Source: Actinomycetota bacterium (GTDB lineage: Bacteria > Actinomycetota > Actinomycetes > Nanopelagicales > Nanopelagicaceae). From it: a stretch of 31,983 nucleotides of DNA. Made by a program: the position numbers and the translations under genes. Shown here piece after piece: positions 1 through 9,807 of the stretch. Under the pieces are notes generated by a model. It was not told the DNA's origin. It did not search any database and worked only from the letters and a program-made list of their open reading frames with translations. The DNA lies in the NCBI GenBank assembly GCA_010032085.1, contig RGYL01000001.1:1-31983 (forward strand), written 5' to 3'. Within the stretch, counting starts at the first letter, position 1. Each line of letters opens with the position of its first letter.

Positions 1-34
1 AGGACCGTTCGAATAAATTAAGGAGCAAGCCCGA

Positions 35-556
35 GTGGCCGTAAAGATTAGATTGGTGCGTTTAGGAAAAATTCGTACCCCGCATTTTCGTATTGTTGTT
101 GCTGATTCTCGCAAGGCAAGAAATGGTCTAAAGATTGAAGAGATCGGTAGATATTCACCTGCATCTGAACCTTCACTTATCGAAGTGAACTCCGAGCGCG
201 CGCAACACTGGTTGAAGAATGGCGCCAAGCCAACTGAGGCAGTAGAGGCTTTATTGAAGATCACTGGTGATTGGCAGAAATTTAAGGGAACTGCAGGAAG
301 TGAAGGCACTCTAAAGACTCTTCCCGCTCGCCCTGATAAGCGCGTTGCTTATGAAGCCGCCGTCAAAGCAGCTATGAATGAGCCGAAGGATGGCGCTACT
401 ACTATGAAGAAGCGTGCAGCTGAGAAGTTAGCGGCCAAGACGGCACCTGCAGAAGAGTCACCGGTTGCACAGGCTGAAGAGCCAGCGCCAGCCGCGGAGG
501 CTCCAGCTACCGAAACTCCAGCTGTTGAGACTCCCACTGAGACAGCAGAGCAATAA
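35..556 (+). CDS. rpsP: 30S ribosomal protein S16 with Ala/Glu/Pro/Thr-rich C-terminal extension
   Basis: [26 protein letters not shown]...IGRY is the S16 signature; GTG start with AAGGAG upstream; long acidic tail typical of actinobacterial S16. Confidence 0.97.
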   Translation: MAVKIRLVRLGKIRTPHFRIVVADSRKARNGLKIEEIGRYSPASEPSLIEVNSERAQHWLKNGAKPTEAVEALLKITGDWQKFKGTAGSEGTLKTLPARPDKRVAYEAAVKAAMNEPKDGATTMKKRAAEKLAAKTAPAEESPVAQAEEPAPAAEAPATETPAVETPTETAEQ

Positions 557-571
557 CTTTAAGGAGTAAAA

Positions 572-811
572 ATGTTTGATGAGGCTCTCGAGCACTTAGT
601 CAAAGGCATTGTTGATAACCCCGAAGAGGTTGTTATTACTGAACGTGAAGGTCGCAGAGGCACAACTCTTGAAGTGCGCGTTCACCCCGATGACATCGGC
701 AAGGTGATCGGAAGAAATGGCCGCACTGCAAAAGCGCTGCGGACCGTAATCTCGGCACTTGCTGGCCGTAGCGTTCGCGTCGATCTAATCGAGGCGGACG
801 AAGCGCGTTAG
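572..811 (+). CDS. khpA: KH-domain RNA-binding protein (KhpA/UPF0109)
   Basis: DDIGKVIGRNGRTAKALRTV KH motif; canonical position between rpsP and rimM; AAGGAG SD. Confidence 0.93.
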   Translation: MFDEALEHLVKGIVDNPEEVVITEREGRRGTTLEVRVHPDDIGKVIGRNGRTAKALRTVISALAGRSVRVDLIEADEAR

Positions 812-832
812 CATCGCGAAAGCGCTAGTTCG

Positions 833-1333
833 TTGGAACTAGTTGTCGCTCGTATTGGTCGCGCACACGGAATTCGTGGCGAGGTAACGATTGAACTTCG
901 CACGGATAATCCAGCTGAGCGTTTTGAAATCGGAAGTATCTTCAAGACCGAACCGGCAAAGTTTGCGCCGTTGGAAATAGCTTCTGTGAGAGACCATAAC
1001 GGTACTTTGCTTCTCTCCTTCAAAGGTCGAGTGGATCGAAACTCGGTTGAGGAGTTACGCAATGTTCTTTTGGTTGCCGAAGTTGATATTCCAACTCCTT
1101 CCGCCGAAGATAACGAGTTTCATGCGACGTTACTGCTTGGCTGTCGAGTATTCACCGAAGCGAATGAAGAGTTAGGCGAAGTTATCGATATCTTGCAGCT
1201 TCCAACTCAAGACACTCTTGTGGTGGAGCGCAATGGGCAAGAAATTCTTGTCCCATTCGTCAAGAAACATGTACCAATTGTTGATGTAAATGCAAAACGG
1301 ATCGTGGTGCGAGAGATGGAGGGATTGATATGA
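833..1333 (+). CDS. rimM: Ribosome maturation factor RimM
   Basis: VARIGRAHGIRGEV N-terminus and PRC-barrel C-terminus (EILVPFVKKHVPIVD); TTG start; operon context. Confidence 0.95.
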   Translation: MELVVARIGRAHGIRGEVTIELRTDNPAERFEIGSIFKTEPAKFAPLEIASVRDHNGTLLLSFKGRVDRNSVEELRNVLLVAEVDIPTPSAEDNEFHATLLLGCRVFTEANEELGEVIDILQLPTQDTLVVERNGQEILVPFVKKHVPIVDVNAKRIVVREMEGLI

Positions 1334-2019
1334 AGATAACCGCTATCTCAATCTTCCCCGAATATTTTGCCGCCACGAAACTTTCGCTCATCGGAAAAGC
1401 AATCGACTCCAAACTCATCGAATTTGCTCCGATTGATTTACGGGAATTCACCCACGATAACCACAAGACAGTCGATGACACTCCTTATGGTGGGGGCGCT
1501 GGAATGGTTATGAAGCCTGAGCCATGGGGCGAGGCAATTGACAGTTCGCTAAATCGCCATGATGGAATCGTCGATCTCATAATTCTTACACCAGCAGGAA
1601 GAACCTTTAATCAAGAGCTAGCAAATAAATTTGCCCAACGCGAGAACTTGATTTTCGCTTGTGGAAGATATGAAGGTATTGATGCGCGCGTTGCAGATTT
1701 CTACCGTGGACATCAGAGAGTGAGACTTCATGAGATATCGATTGGAAATTACGTTTTAAATGGCGGAGAGGTCGCCGCTCTTGTGATGATTGAGGCAATT
1801 ACAAGATTAATCCCCGGCGTTATTGGAAATCCCGATTCGCTTTTGGAAGAGTCTCATAATGAGATTGGTGAAGTTGAATATCCGGTTTACACAAAGCCTG
1901 CTGAGTGGCGGGGTCTGCAAGTTCCCGAGGTACTCAAATCTGGAAATCATGGCGAGATCTCGAATTGGCGGCGAAGTGAGGCCAAGCGAAGGTCTAATTC
2001 CTTACGAGAGAGCGAATAA
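1330..2019 (+). CDS. trmD: tRNA (guanine37-N1)-methyltransferase
   Basis: VDDTPYGGGAGMVMKPEP, CGRYEGIDAR and SIGNYVLNGGE motifs; ATGA overlap with rimM. Confidence 0.97.
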   Translation: MKITAISIFPEYFAATKLSLIGKAIDSKLIEFAPIDLREFTHDNHKTVDDTPYGGGAGMVMKPEPWGEAIDSSLNRHDGIVDLIILTPAGRTFNQELANKFAQRENLIFACGRYEGIDARVADFYRGHQRVRLHEISIGNYVLNGGEVAALVMIEAITRLIPGVIGNPDSLLEESHNEIGEVEYPVYTKPAEWRGLQVPEVLKSGNHGEISNWRRSEAKRRSNSLRESE

Positions 2020-2034
2020 GCGGGGAATAATCCC

Positions 2035-2042
2035 GACACGCC
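2035..2042 (+). promoter_or_regulatory. GACACGCC motif (WhiA-type GACAC core), candidate site upstream of DUF4193
   Basis: The same 8-mer occurs at 21965-21972, also in a promoter region; GACAC is the established WhiA core motif. Binding is inferred only. Confidence 0.35.
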
Positions 2043-2169
2043 GACTGTTGGGCAGGACATGCACCTGGGCTTTTGGGCATTATCCGCCCGTGGTCAGGCG
2101 CTAAGTGATTAGGCGCAAGACCTGATAGCTCCAAGCATTATCAAGAGATTTGAAAGGTGGTGAAGATCG

Positions 2170-2463
2170 ATGGCAACCGATTACGACACTCCGCGAAAAA
2201 CGGATGAAGAGCTCCATGAAGAATCGATTGAAGAACTAAAAGCGAAGCGCGCTGAAATCGCCTCTGGACAGATTGATGTTGATGAAGAAGATCCTGAGAA
2301 CGTCGAACTTCCTGGCGCTGATCTCTCTGGTGAGGAATTGGCAGTTCGTGTAGTCCCAAGACAAGAGAACGAATTCACGTGTTCAAGGTGCTTCTTGGTT
2401 CACCATCACACACAATTAGCAAGAGGAGAGGGCGCTAAGGCGCTCTGCAAAGACTGCGCTTAA
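2170..2463 (+). CDS. DUF4193 family protein (acidic, C-terminal CxxC...CxxC)
   Basis: MATDYDTPRKT start and ELAVRVVPRQENEFTCSRCFLVHH...CKDCA end match the actinobacterial family; AAGGTGG SD. Confidence 0.9.
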   Translation: MATDYDTPRKTDEELHEESIEELKAKRAEIASGQIDVDEEDPENVELPGADLSGEELAVRVVPRQENEFTCSRCFLVHHHTQLARGEGAKALCKDCA

Positions 2464-2472
2464 ATTTTTTTT
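2440..2472 (+). terminator. Weak candidate intrinsic terminator at the end of DUF4193
   Basis: gcgc-tct-GCAA-aga-(ct)-gcgc hairpin followed by T8 at 2465-2472. The T run is also explained by Lys-Lys-Ile codons of the opposite gene. Confidence 0.22.
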
Positions 2473-2888
2473 AGGACTTCCTTTAACTCTGCTGGTTTAT
2501 CTGTACTGATTAGCCAATACGGAGTCGGGTCACGAGAATCATTAATTTTTAACTTTACGCCACTTTTTACCCAGAATCTGATTGCTAAGAATGCCCGTGG
2601 GTCAATTCCCGGGCCACGTTCAAACTTCATCGCCTCTTGATCAAGAATTTCCACGCTATCAATGTACTTACTTTCAATCTTAGCTCTGCCTACACGTAAT
2701 TCTTCCTGGGTGGCGGTTATCACAAGCCTTGATCTATATCCCAAAATAAAAATGGCAATCGCTGTAATGGAAAAAGCAATCAAGAGCATCTCATCGCTAA
2801 GAGCTACGCCAATTGAAAGGACTGCTGCAAAACCAAGAGTGAATAAAGCTAACCAGACTCGAATTGGCCAACCAATTACCTCGCGCAT
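2460..2888 (-). CDS. DUF3093 family membrane protein
   Basis: Two N-terminal hydrophobic helices, then LRVGRAKI and DPRAFLAIRFWVKSGVKLKINDSRDPTPYWLIST; conserved neighbour of dut and DUF4193. Confidence 0.88.
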   Translation of the reverse strand: MREVIGWPIRVWLALFTLGFAAVLSIGVALSDEMLLIAFSITAIAIFILGYRSRLVITATQEELRVGRAKIESKYIDSVEILDQEAMKFERGPGIDPRAFLAIRFWVKSGVKLKINDSRDPTPYWLISTDKPAELKEVLKKI

Positions 2889-2908
2889 ATCAGGGTAATC
2901 TTCTCACC

Positions 2909-3475
2909 ATGTCCCGCAGATTGAGCATCGAGCCACCAGCTGGCGCAACTGTTCCACAGCGGCATCCCCAAGCTCCCGTTCCCGGCACCTTGCTTGGTTC
3001 ACATAATCAAGATTGTTTTGGTTGCGGAGCATCTCACCCAACGGGGCTTCACATTACTGCTTATGCATCTGAGGGAATGACTATTACTGCCAAATTCACT
3101 GTTGGCGAACATCACCAAGGCGCACCAGGTCTTGCACACGGTGGACTTCTATCCTGTGCTTTCGATGAAGCGCTAGGAAAATTGATGTGGCTCGTGAGAG
3201 CTCCTGCAGTGACCGGAAAGTTGGAAACTTCATTTTTGATGCCGGTCCAAGTTGGAAAGACTCTTTATATAACGGCTGAAATCACTGGACAAGAAGGTCG
3301 AAAAATCTACTGTCGCGCTGAGGGAAGAATTGGAGGCGTCGATGGACCAATCGCAGTCGAGGCGGCAGCAATCTTCATAACTGTGCCGTTAGAGCACTTT
3401 ATCGAAAACGCACCAGAGAATTATCGGGCTAACTTGTTTGGTTCGGCTGCCCCGGAGCTTGAAATAAATCCATGA
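2909..3475 (+). CDS. PaaI/hotdog-fold thioesterase
   Basis: CFGCG..HPTGL and [22 protein letters not shown] motifs; start reassigned to ATG 2909, which has TAATCT 7 nt upstream. Confidence 0.88.
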   Translation: MSRRLSIEPPAGATVPQRHPQAPVPGTLLGSHNQDCFGCGASHPTGLHITAYASEGMTITAKFTVGEHHQGAPGLAHGGLLSCAFDEALGKLMWLVRAPAVTGKLETSFLMPVQVGKTLYITAEITGQEGRKIYCRAEGRIGGVDGPIAVEAAAIFITVPLEHFIENAPENYRANLFGSAAPELEINP

Positions 3476-3906
3476 AAGTATTAATCACGAGGCTAGATCC
3501 ACAACTTCCGCTACCAAGTTATGCAAAACCGGGCGATGCAGGTGCTGATCTTTACTCACGAATAGATATCGAGCTTGCCCCAGGGGAGCGCGCACTAGTT
3601 CCCACAGGAGTCGCGATTGCCCTGGAAAATGGTTATGTTGCCTTAGTCCATCCACGCTCTGGGCGTGCGATAAAGGAGGGCTTAGGAATGGTAAATGCCC
3701 CCGGGACAATCGATTCTGGATATCGCGGCGAGCTACAAGTAATTCTTGTAAATCATGATCGAGAAAAGAAGATAGAAATTAAGCGTGGTGAGCGGATTGC
3801 ACAATTAATAATTCAACCGGTAATTCGGGCTGAATTTATTGAAGTGGAAACGCTTCCCGGTACAAGTAGAGGAGAGGGTGGATTTGGCTCCACCGGAAAG
3901 TCGTGA
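3472..3906 (+). CDS. dut: dUTP diphosphatase
   Basis: [24 protein letters not shown] and [10 protein letters not shown] dUTPase motifs. Confidence 0.97.
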   Translation: MKVLITRLDPQLPLPSYAKPGDAGADLYSRIDIELAPGERALVPTGVAIALENGYVALVHPRSGRAIKEGLGMVNAPGTIDSGYRGELQVILVNHDREKKIEIKRGERIAQLIIQPVIRAEFIEVETLPGTSRGEGGFGSTGKS

Positions 3907-4529
3907 GCCACGAAGAAGATAAGGCAAAAATTCTCTCTGCATTCGGGGGAGTAAAGGGTTTAATTGATTCGGGTCTGCCAGCGCTTATCTTCTTGGTTAC
4001 ATTCAACTTTACAAAGGATGTCCGTAATTCTGCTTATTTTGCCCTCGCATTTTCCCTAGCGGTAACCCTCATTCGCCTAATTAAGCGTGACACTATTCAG
4101 CATGCAGTTTCCGGAGTTATAGGGGTTGCATTTTGCGCCTGGTTATCAAATCGAAGTGGCAAAGCAGAAGATTTTTATCTGCCCGGGCTCTGGACAAATG
4201 CAATTTATGGTGCGGCATACGCGCTCTCCGCAATCATTCGCTGGCCCGTGGTCGGACTAATTCTAGGTCCGCTATTAGGCGAGAATTTAAAGTGGCGCAA
4301 AGATCCAATCCGTCGCGCTGTTTATGTCCGAGCTACCTGGATTTGGGTCGGACTTTTTGCGGCCCGATTAGTCGTTCAATATCCGCTTTACCTTTCTGGG
4401 AATGTAAATGCCCTTGGTACAGCACGACTGGTGATGGGATTTCCGATGTTTATTCTGGCGGCTTGGTTAACCTGGCAAGTCGTTAAGAGTGGGCCAAAAC
4501 TTCGTGAGGATTTAAGGCCTGCTAGTTAG
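3903..4529 (+). CDS. DUF3159 family membrane protein
   Basis: [12 protein letters not shown] start; multiple TM segments; [19 protein letters not shown] and ATWIW...RLVVQYPLY motifs; GTGA overlap with dut. Confidence 0.87.
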   Translation: MSHEEDKAKILSAFGGVKGLIDSGLPALIFLVTFNFTKDVRNSAYFALAFSLAVTLIRLIKRDTIQHAVSGVIGVAFCAWLSNRSGKAEDFYLPGLWTNAIYGAAYALSAIIRWPVVGLILGPLLGENLKWRKDPIRRAVYVRATWIWVGLFAARLVVQYPLYLSGNVNALGTARLVMGFPMFILAAWLTWQVVKSGPKLREDLRPAS

Positions 4530-5181
4530 CGATGAAACAACCTTTAATCTGATTCTCTGCTTCTGCTGAGGCTACGAAAATTAACTCATCGCCGGCGCTG
4601 AATACATCATGGGGCGAAGGAGAGATGACATGTCCATCGCGGATTATTGCGGCGAGTGATGCATCCTTCGGCAATTCGATTTCCTCGACAGATTTACCGA
4701 CGCATATGGAGTTATCGGGAAGAGTTATTTCTACAAGATTTGCTTCACCGGACTTGATTGAGAATAACCGAACAACATCGCCCACGCTGACCGCTTCTTC
4801 AACGAGCGCTGCAATGATTCGTGGAGTTGAAACTGCAACATCAACGCCCCAAGATGAATCGAAAAGCCATTCATTCTTTGGGTGATTCACGCGTGCTACA
4901 ACACGGGGAACTCCATACTCGGTCTTGGCTAGAAGTGATGAAACCAAATTAACTTTGTCATCACCGGTTGCTGCGACCATGACTTGGCATTGATCTAGGC
5001 TTGCTTTATCGAGAGTTGCAATTTCACATGCATCTGCAAGGAGCCACTCGGCGTTTGGAACACTCTCCATCTTCAGCGCCTTCGGGTTCTTATCAATAAG
5101 CAGAACTTGATGGCCATTTGCTATCAACTCACGAGCAATCGCCCGTCCCGCATTTCCAGCCCCAGCAATTGCTATCTTCAT
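4522..5181 (-). CDS. trkA: TrkA/RCK potassium-uptake regulatory subunit (CeoC-like)
   Basis: IAGAGNAG Rossmann motif, AATGDDKVN, VVARVNHPKNEWLF; RCK_C C-terminus. Confidence 0.92.
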   Translation of the reverse strand: MKIAIAGAGNAGRAIARELIANGHQVLLIDKNPKALKMESVPNAEWLLADACEIATLDKASLDQCQVMVAATGDDKVNLVSSLLAKTEYGVPRVVARVNHPKNEWLFDSSWGVDVAVSTPRIIAALVEEAVSVGDVVRLFSIKSGEANLVEITLPDNSICVGKSVEEIELPKDASLAAIIRDGHVISPSPHDVFSAGDELIFVASAEAENQIKGCFIAN

Positions 5182-5843
5182 TCTCTCTCCTCTGGCGGCT
5201 GGGAGAGAGCTGCTACAACTTGGGTCACATCTTTATCGGAGATTAAAACATGCACGACATCGCCTTCTTGAAGGACAACATGTTCATCAGGAATTAGACC
5301 TTCGCCCAGTCTGGTGATGAATGCGACTCGCGCTTTGGTTAGTTCTTGAATTGAGACCACGGGGTAACCAAACCATCCACGATGAATATGAATCTCAGCT
5401 AACTGAACTTTTCCGGATGGATCTTGCCACTCAGATTTAGCTCCTGATGGCAATATCCGGCGCATAATCTGATCGGTAGTCCAAAGCACTGTGGCTACAG
5501 TCGGAATACCAAGGCGTTGATAAATCTCGGCCCGCCCTGGATCATAAATACGGGCAACAACGCTCTTAACTCCATATGTTTCGCGAGCAACGCGCGCGGC
5601 CAAGATATTTGAGTTATCTCCATTAGAGACAGCTGCAAAAGCATCAGCACGCTCGATGCCAGCTTCAATAAGGGTGTCTCGGTCAAAACCAATTCCAGCG
5701 ACTGTGAGGCCATTGAAGTCAGCGCCAAGACGGCGGAAGGCCTCGCGATCTTGATCGATGACTGCGACCGAATGACCTAGAGATTGAAAATCTTTCGCGA
5801 GAGTCGAGCCGACGCGGCCACAACCCATAATCACGATGTGCAC
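5178..5843 (-). CDS. trkA: TrkA/RCK potassium-uptake regulatory subunit (CeoB-like)
   Basis: MHIVIMGCGRVG, AAVSNGDNSNI, VVARIYDPGRAEIYQRLGIPTVATV; GTG start. Confidence 0.92.
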   Translation of the reverse strand: MHIVIMGCGRVGSTLAKDFQSLGHSVAVIDQDREAFRRLGADFNGLTVAGIGFDRDTLIEAGIERADAFAAVSNGDNSNILAARVARETYGVKSVVARIYDPGRAEIYQRLGIPTVATVLWTTDQIMRRILPSGAKSEWQDPSGKVQLAEIHIHRGWFGYPVVSIQELTKARVAFITRLGEGLIPDEHVVLQEGDVVHVLISDKDVTQVVAALSQPPEERE

Positions 5844-5907
5844 AAAGGCAGAATTTACACCTTTAGGCTTGGGTAAGAGTAATTCCCGCGCGAAACTGAG
5901 GTAATTA

Positions 5908-7065
5908 ATGAATATTGGCGATGAAGTTGTTGTCGATATTTCCGGAATCGCTCACGGGGGACATTGCGTTGCACGTCACGAAGGTCAAGTCATTTTCGTT
6001 AGGCATGCAATTCCTGGCGAAAAAGTTCGGGTACGAATAACTGATTTATCAAAAAGTTTTGCTCGGGGAGATTGCATTGAAGTTATTTCTGCATCTTTAG
6101 ATCGAGTGAAGGCTCCGTGCGCCTTGGCCCGCCCCGGAGGTTGTGGTGGTTGCGACTTTCAACATATTTCGCCCGAAAGACAGCGCAAGCTAAAGGCCGA
6201 GATAATTAAAGAACAATTCCTGCGGTTGGCAAAAATGGAAGTTGATGTTGCTGTTGAAGAAGTGCTTCCCATCACGGGTTGGCGTTCTCGAATGGAATTT
6301 ACCGTTTCCAACGATGGAAAGTTAGCTATGTATGAAGCCCGGCGAAATAATTTGATTGCAATCGAAGATTGTAAAATCGCTCATCCAAAGATAGACATCA
6401 AAGGTGTTAGTTCACGAAAACTCCCGATTGGCAAAAAAGTAGATATTGCGGTTGGAACAGATGGGGAAGTGACAACGACTATCGAAGGTAGAGAAAGTTT
6501 CGCTTTGCTTAAGCAAGAAGTAGATGGATTTGTATTCTCTATCTCCCCAGAGAGTTTCTGGCAGAGCCATATCGAGGCTCCTAGGATTCTTCTTCGCGCC
6601 GCGATGGAGCTCGCCCAATTACAAACAGGAGATCATTTCTATGACCTTTACTCCGGTGTTGGCTTGTTTACGAGTGGCGCCGTAAATCTCGTTGGCGTAA
6701 ATGGGCGCATCACCATGATTGAAGAATCTGCAAGTGCTATTACCGATGCGCGCCGAAACTTTGCTAATTATGAAAATGTGGAGATTGTTGAAGGGAAGGT
6801 AGAAGTAGCGCTGAAGGCTTTTAAACGTGCTGATGTAGTGCTTCTTGATCCACCGAGGGCAGGAGCAGGTGAGCGCGTATTGAAATCGATTAGGGCGCTT
6901 AACCCACGCCGGATTATCTATGTCGCTTGCGATCCAGCATCGCTTGCTCGAGATACTGCAATCTTGCAGGGTAGTGGCTACGAGTTAGATGGACTTCGGG
7001 CCTTTGACCTATTTCCAATGACCCAACATATTGAGAGTGTGGCGCGCTTCATCCGAATTGATTAG
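5908..7065 (+). CDS. TRAM-domain class I SAM-dependent RNA (uracil-5)-methyltransferase, RlmD/TrmA-like
   Basis: N-terminal TRAM (IAHGGHCVAR, ALPGE-like AIPGE), C...CGGC cluster motif, DLYSGVGLF, LDPPRAG, YVACDPASLARD, DLFPMTQHIE. Confidence 0.9.
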   Translation: MNIGDEVVVDISGIAHGGHCVARHEGQVIFVRHAIPGEKVRVRITDLSKSFARGDCIEVISASLDRVKAPCALARPGGCGGCDFQHISPERQRKLKAEIIKEQFLRLAKMEVDVAVEEVLPITGWRSRMEFTVSNDGKLAMYEARRNNLIAIEDCKIAHPKIDIKGVSSRKLPIGKKVDIAVGTDGEVTTTIEGRESFALLKQEVDGFVFSISPESFWQSHIEAPRILLRAAMELAQLQTGDHFYDLYSGVGLFTSGAVNLVGVNGRITMIEESASAITDARRNFANYENVEIVEGKVEVALKAFKRADVVLLDPPRAGAGERVLKSIRALNPRRIIYVACDPASLARDTAILQGSGYELDGLRAFDLFPMTQHIESVARFIRID

Positions 7066-7101
7066 CAGGTCAGATAGTTACAACCGGTTAGGATTACGCG
7101 C

Positions 7102-9759
7102 ATGAGTAAGAACTCTTTTGGGGCGAAGAAGTCCCTTGATGTATCAGGTAAGAGCTACGAGATATTTGACATTACTGGTCTTGATGGGGCATCGACTCTG
7201 CCATTCTCATTGAAAATACTCCTTGAGAATTTACTCCGCACCGAAGATGGTGCCAACATAACGGCTTCCCAGATAAAAGCGCTCGCGAACTGGAACCCTG
7301 ATTCACAACCGGATACCGAAATCCAATTCACCCCAGCCCGGGTAATTATGCAGGACTTCACTGGTGTTCCATGCATAGTTGACCTCGCCACAATGCGCGA
7401 AGCAATAACGGAGTTAGGGGGAGATCCAGCCCGAGTCAATCCACTTGCTCCCGCAGAGCTGGTAATTGATCACTCTGTAATCGCCGATAAATATGGAACG
7501 GCAACTTCTTTTCAAGAGAATGTTGATATTGAATATGAAAGAAATACCGAGAGATATAGATTTTTGCGTTGGGGCCAGACCGCATTTGATGAATTTAAAG
7601 TAGTTCCACCCGGAACAGGAATCGTTCATCAAGTAAATATTGAATATTTGGCGAGAGTAATAATGACTCGAGAAGTGGGTGGCGTGCTACGCGCTTATCC
7701 AGATACTGTTGTTGGCACAGATTCGCACACAACTATGGTCAACGGCCTTGGAGTTTTGGGTTGGGGTGTGGGCGGAATTGAGGCCGAAGCAGCGCTTCTA
7801 GGCCAACCAGTTTCCATGCTCATCCCGAGAGTTGTTGGCTTCAAACTCAATGGAAACCTTCCTATGGGAACAACTGCTACAGATTTGGTTCTGACAATTA
7901 CTGAGATGCTCCGTAAACATGGCGTCGTTGGAAAATTTGTTGAATTCTATGGTCCCGGAGTTAGCGCCCTACCTATGGCAAATCGCGCAACCATTGGAAA
8001 TATGTCTCCGGAGTACGGATCAACAGTTGCAATCTTCCCGATTGATGATGAGACCCTTAAGTACCTTGAACTGACCGGCCGAAGCAAAGAGCAGCGAGAG
8101 TTAGTTGAGAAGTACGCAAAGACGCAAGGCATATGGCACGATCCAAATGTTTCACCGCGGTACTCAGAGCATCTGGAACTCAATCTCGCAGATGTCGTTC
8201 CATCAATTGCAGGACCAAAGCGACCACAAGATCGAGTCTCTCTAAGTGATGCAAAAGCTTCATTTGCGAAGTCACTTCCCGGTTACTTAAGTGATAAAAG
8301 TGCGAAGTCACCAGTATCGGTTTCGGTAAATGAGAAGAGTGGCGCGGTCGGAAATGGTGCCGTTGTAATTGCATCAATTACCTCCTGCACTAACACTTCA
8401 AATCCCAGCGTGATGATCGGTGCAGGGTTGTTGGCAAAGAAGGCGGTAGAAAAGGGACTTCACAGTAAGCCCTGGGTAAAAACGACTTTGGCACCAGGTT
8501 CAAAAGTTGTAACTAATTATTACGAAAAATCCGGGCTGACTCCTTTCTTGGAAAAACTAGGCTTCAACCTCGTTGGCTATGGGTGTGTGACTTGCATCGG
8601 AAACTCTGGACCGCTTCCCGTAGAAATCAGCAAGGCTGTAAATGAAAATGACCTTGCGGTAGCTGCAGTTCTCTCGGGAAATCGAAATTTTGAAGGCCGC
8701 ATCAGTCCAGATGTAAAGATGAATTATCTTGCGTCGCCACCACTAGTTGTCGCTTATGCCATTGCTGGAACTATGGATCATGATTTTGAGAAGGATCCAC
8801 TTGGAAAGGACAGCAACGGTAAAGATGTTTTCCTACGCGATATCTGGCCATCGCCACAAGAGATTCAAGCAGTGATTGACAGTGTTATTTCATCAGAGAT
8901 GTTTAGAAAAGATTACGCCAGCGTTTTTCAAGGCGATCACCGCTGGACCTCACTTGATACTCCAACTGGTAAAACTTTTGAATGGGATACAAAGTCCACT
9001 TATGTAAGAAAGCCACCCTACTTCGAAGGTATGCCACGGCAACCAAAGCCAGTAACTAATATCGAAGGCGCTCGAGTACTTGCAAAGTTAGGTGATTCTG
9101 TAACCACCGATCACATTTCACCGGCTGGTTCAATTAAGCCAGATTCCCCGGCTGGAAAGTACTTACAGGAACATGGTGTAGCTCGCGCTGACTTCAACTC
9201 TTATGGTTCGCGTCGCGGTAATCATGAAGTCATGATCCGAGGAACTTTTGCGAATATTCGATTGAAGAATCTGCTTCTTGATGGGGTAGAGGGGGGATAC
9301 ACGAGAAACTTTTTATCAGGTGGAGTTCAAACAACGATTTATGAAGCATCTGTTGCCTATCAAGCAGCTCAAGTGCCTCTAGTAATTCTCGCCGGTAAGG
9401 AATATGGCTCTGGTTCTTCACGTGACTGGGCGGCAAAGGGCACCGCTTTGCTCGGAGTTAGGGCAGTGATCGCGGAGTCGTTTGAAAGAATTCATCGCTC
9501 CAATTTGATTGGCATGGGAGTTCTACCTCTCCAATTCCAAGATGGTGAAACAAGTGAGAGCCTTGGGCTACGCGGAGATGAAACTTTTGCAATTTCAGGA
9601 ATAACAGAATTGAACGAGGGTCGGATTCCAAAGACTGTAACGGTCCAGGCAGGGGATAAGAGATTCACTGCAAAGGTGCGGATCGATACTCCGGGTGAGG
9701 CGGATTACTACCGCCATGGCGGCATCATGCAATATGTTCTCCGTTCATTACTCGCCTAA
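7102..9759 (+). CDS. acnA: Aconitate hydratase A
   Basis: [70 protein letters not shown]. Confidence 0.98.
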   Translation: MSKNSFGAKKSLDVSGKSYEIFDITGLDGASTLPFSLKILLENLLRTEDGANITASQIKALANWNPDSQPDTEIQFTPARVIMQDFTGVPCIVDLATMREAITELGGDPARVNPLAPAELVIDHSVIADKYGTATSFQENVDIEYERNTERYRFLRWGQTAFDEFKVVPPGTGIVHQVNIEYLARVIMTREVGGVLRAYPDTVVGTDSHTTMVNGLGVLGWGVGGIEAEAALLGQPVSMLIPRVVGFKLNGNLPMGTTATDLVLTITEMLRKHGVVGKFVEFYGPGVSALPMANRATIGNMSPEYGSTVAIFPIDDETLKYLELTGRSKEQRELVEKYAKTQGIWHDPNVSPRYSEHLELNLADVVPSIAGPKRPQDRVSLSDAKASFAKSLPGYLSDKSAKSPVSVSVNEKSGAVGNGAVVIASITSCTNTSNPSVMIGAGLLAKKAVEKGLHSKPWVKTTLAPGSKVVTNYYEKSGLTPFLEKLGFNLVGYGCVTCIGNSGPLPVEISKAVNENDLAVAAVLSGNRNFEGRISPDVKMNYLASPPLVVAYAIAGTMDHDFEKDPLGKDSNGKDVFLRDIWPSPQEIQAVIDSVISSEMFRKDYASVFQGDHRWTSLDTPTGKTFEWDTKSTYVRKPPYFEGMPRQPKPVTNIEGARVLAKLGDSVTTDHISPAGSIKPDSPAGKYLQEHGVARADFNSYGSRRGNHEVMIRGTFANIRLKNLLLDGVEGGYTRNFLSGGVQTTIYEASVAYQAAQVPLVILAGKEYGSGSSRDWAAKGTALLGVRAVIAESFERIHRSNLIGMGVLPLQFQDGETSESLGLRGDETFAISGITELNEGRIPKTVTVQAGDKRFTAKVRIDTPGEADYYRHGGIMQYVLRSLLA

Positions 9760-9807
9760 TTATTGATTCACTTAGAGAGTTCGAGGCCAAGTAGTTACCA
9801 TGGGGCT

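Noticed and set aside
430-556. Quasi-repeated ETPA/ETPT/EEPA units in the S16 tail
   Set aside because: Low-complexity extension typical of actinobacterial S16; not a DNA repeat element.
1823-2104. 93-aa ORF overlapping the trmD 3' end and the intergenic region
   Set aside because: Mostly out of frame within trmD, with no motif or RBS; the region is better explained as promoter and leader.
7094-7099. TTACGC before acnA (and TTACGCAA inside rimM near 1055) resembling a half-site of the 18698 palindrome
   Set aside because: Only 6-8 nt and non-palindromic; expected by chance.
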